From Octopus vulgaris (taxonomy: Eukaryota): a DNA stretch of 64,000 nucleotides. A model generated the notes under the pieces. That model was not told the origin of the DNA, searched no databases, and saw nothing but the letters and a program-made list of their open reading frames with translations. Where the stretch lies: assembly GCA_951406725.2 (NCBI GenBank), contig OX597815.1, positions 68,324,001 through 68,388,000 on the forward strand. Direction: 5' to 3'. Within the stretch, counting starts at the first letter, position 1. Each line of letters begins with the position of its first letter. Below are positions 1-64,000 of the stretch, one piece after another. Both the position numbers and the translations under genes were made by a program.

Positions 1-463
1 TTCTGACTTGCAGAAATATTGCCTTGCTTGGAAACAAGTGAGGGTTGGCTACAAAAAAAAGTATCCAACCATAGAATATCTGCTTCAATGACTTCTGACT
101 GACCCATACAAGCATGGACAAATGGAAATGATGATAATATTGTTAAATGCAAAAATTTACTTCCAGTTATTGTAATTGAGCCTTTATATTCTAGGTCATT
201 ATTGAAATATAGATTGATAGAAAGTAAGCCTGATGCAGTATGCAGCAATCACTGATGTTAAAAAATACTTTTGACTACATGCTTCTCATAGTTTGTATAG
301 AAAATCTATGATACTATTCATTGTGCAGTGGTAATCTCTAAAAAACAGTTATGACATCTGTTTACTATGTTTTATATTCATTCTTATTGAAGTCTTTACT
401 TTTGAAACTATATCATCATATCTTACATATCTACTAAATGTTTGCTTTTTGTTTTCGTTTCAG

Positions 464-63439
<62,976 letters not shown>

Positions 63440-64000
63440 GTAAGCTAGTGTTTTTCATTTTTCTCTTAAGTTATTAAATCTTACTTTACTCAGTGCAATT
63501 TGTAAATCTGCTCTACCTGTAAACCAGTATTAAACTGATCAGTACTACTTATTGAGCATATTTTTTAATGTTCTGTTTAAACTACGGTGGGTCAATACTT
63601 GCAAGAAACACATGAGCTAGGAGATTCCAGTGGAATGATGTACTGGAGAAGAATGATTGGAAACATTGGTTGATGCAGGAATTGATACACTAAGGGTGAT
63701 GAGAGATGGAGAGATGAGTGGGTGAGGAGTGCCTGAGTGGTGGTGGTACAACACCAGCTAGCTACAGGAAGTGGAGGCCATTAAAGCATGGGTTCCATTG
63801 GTCCTCTGACATCTTGAAATTTTTGCTGTAAATTACTGCTGATTATTAGAATTTTCTTTTATCTTACAACTCCACAAAACAAAACCCCTCAAAAAAAATT
63901 GGGATGCAGTATTAAGGGAGGTGGCTTTGTGTTAGGTGTTGAAAGACTACAGTATGATAGGACAAGAACGGGTATCTTGCTGTTGAGGAAATACATGGCT

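Overview
AT-rich eukaryotic (animal) genomic DNA. The SINE/LINE repertoire points to an octopus or other coleoid cephalopod (inference). The whole window lies inside one + strand protein-coding gene, a citron Rho-interacting kinase (CIT) orthologue. Ten GT-AG exons (464-63439, 1516 coding nt) splice in frame and encode the C-terminal half of the AGC kinase domain ([24 protein letters not shown]), the AGC C-tail (DDTSNFD, FVGFSY) and the start of the coiled coil. The gene begins before and continues after the window. The introns are packed with transposons. They include an apparently intact 4.2-kb antisense RTE-clade LINE (APE + RT, 1055 aa) inserted into a dead R4/Dong-type LINE, two decayed sense copies of the same RTE, a DD36E Tc1 element, piggyBac, hAT and mariner derivatives and MITEs, four SINE-like families, and several inverted repeats. 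The most notable observations concern the RTE. It has a complete C4HC3 PHD finger embedded inside the RT domain, a candidate spliceosomal intron in its 5' leader whose removal joins an upstream ATG to the ORF, a modular hairpin-repeat 3' UTR, and a 3' tail shared with an abundant SINE. Nearly all short ORFs in the supplied track are spurious repeat translations. All alignments were made by eye.
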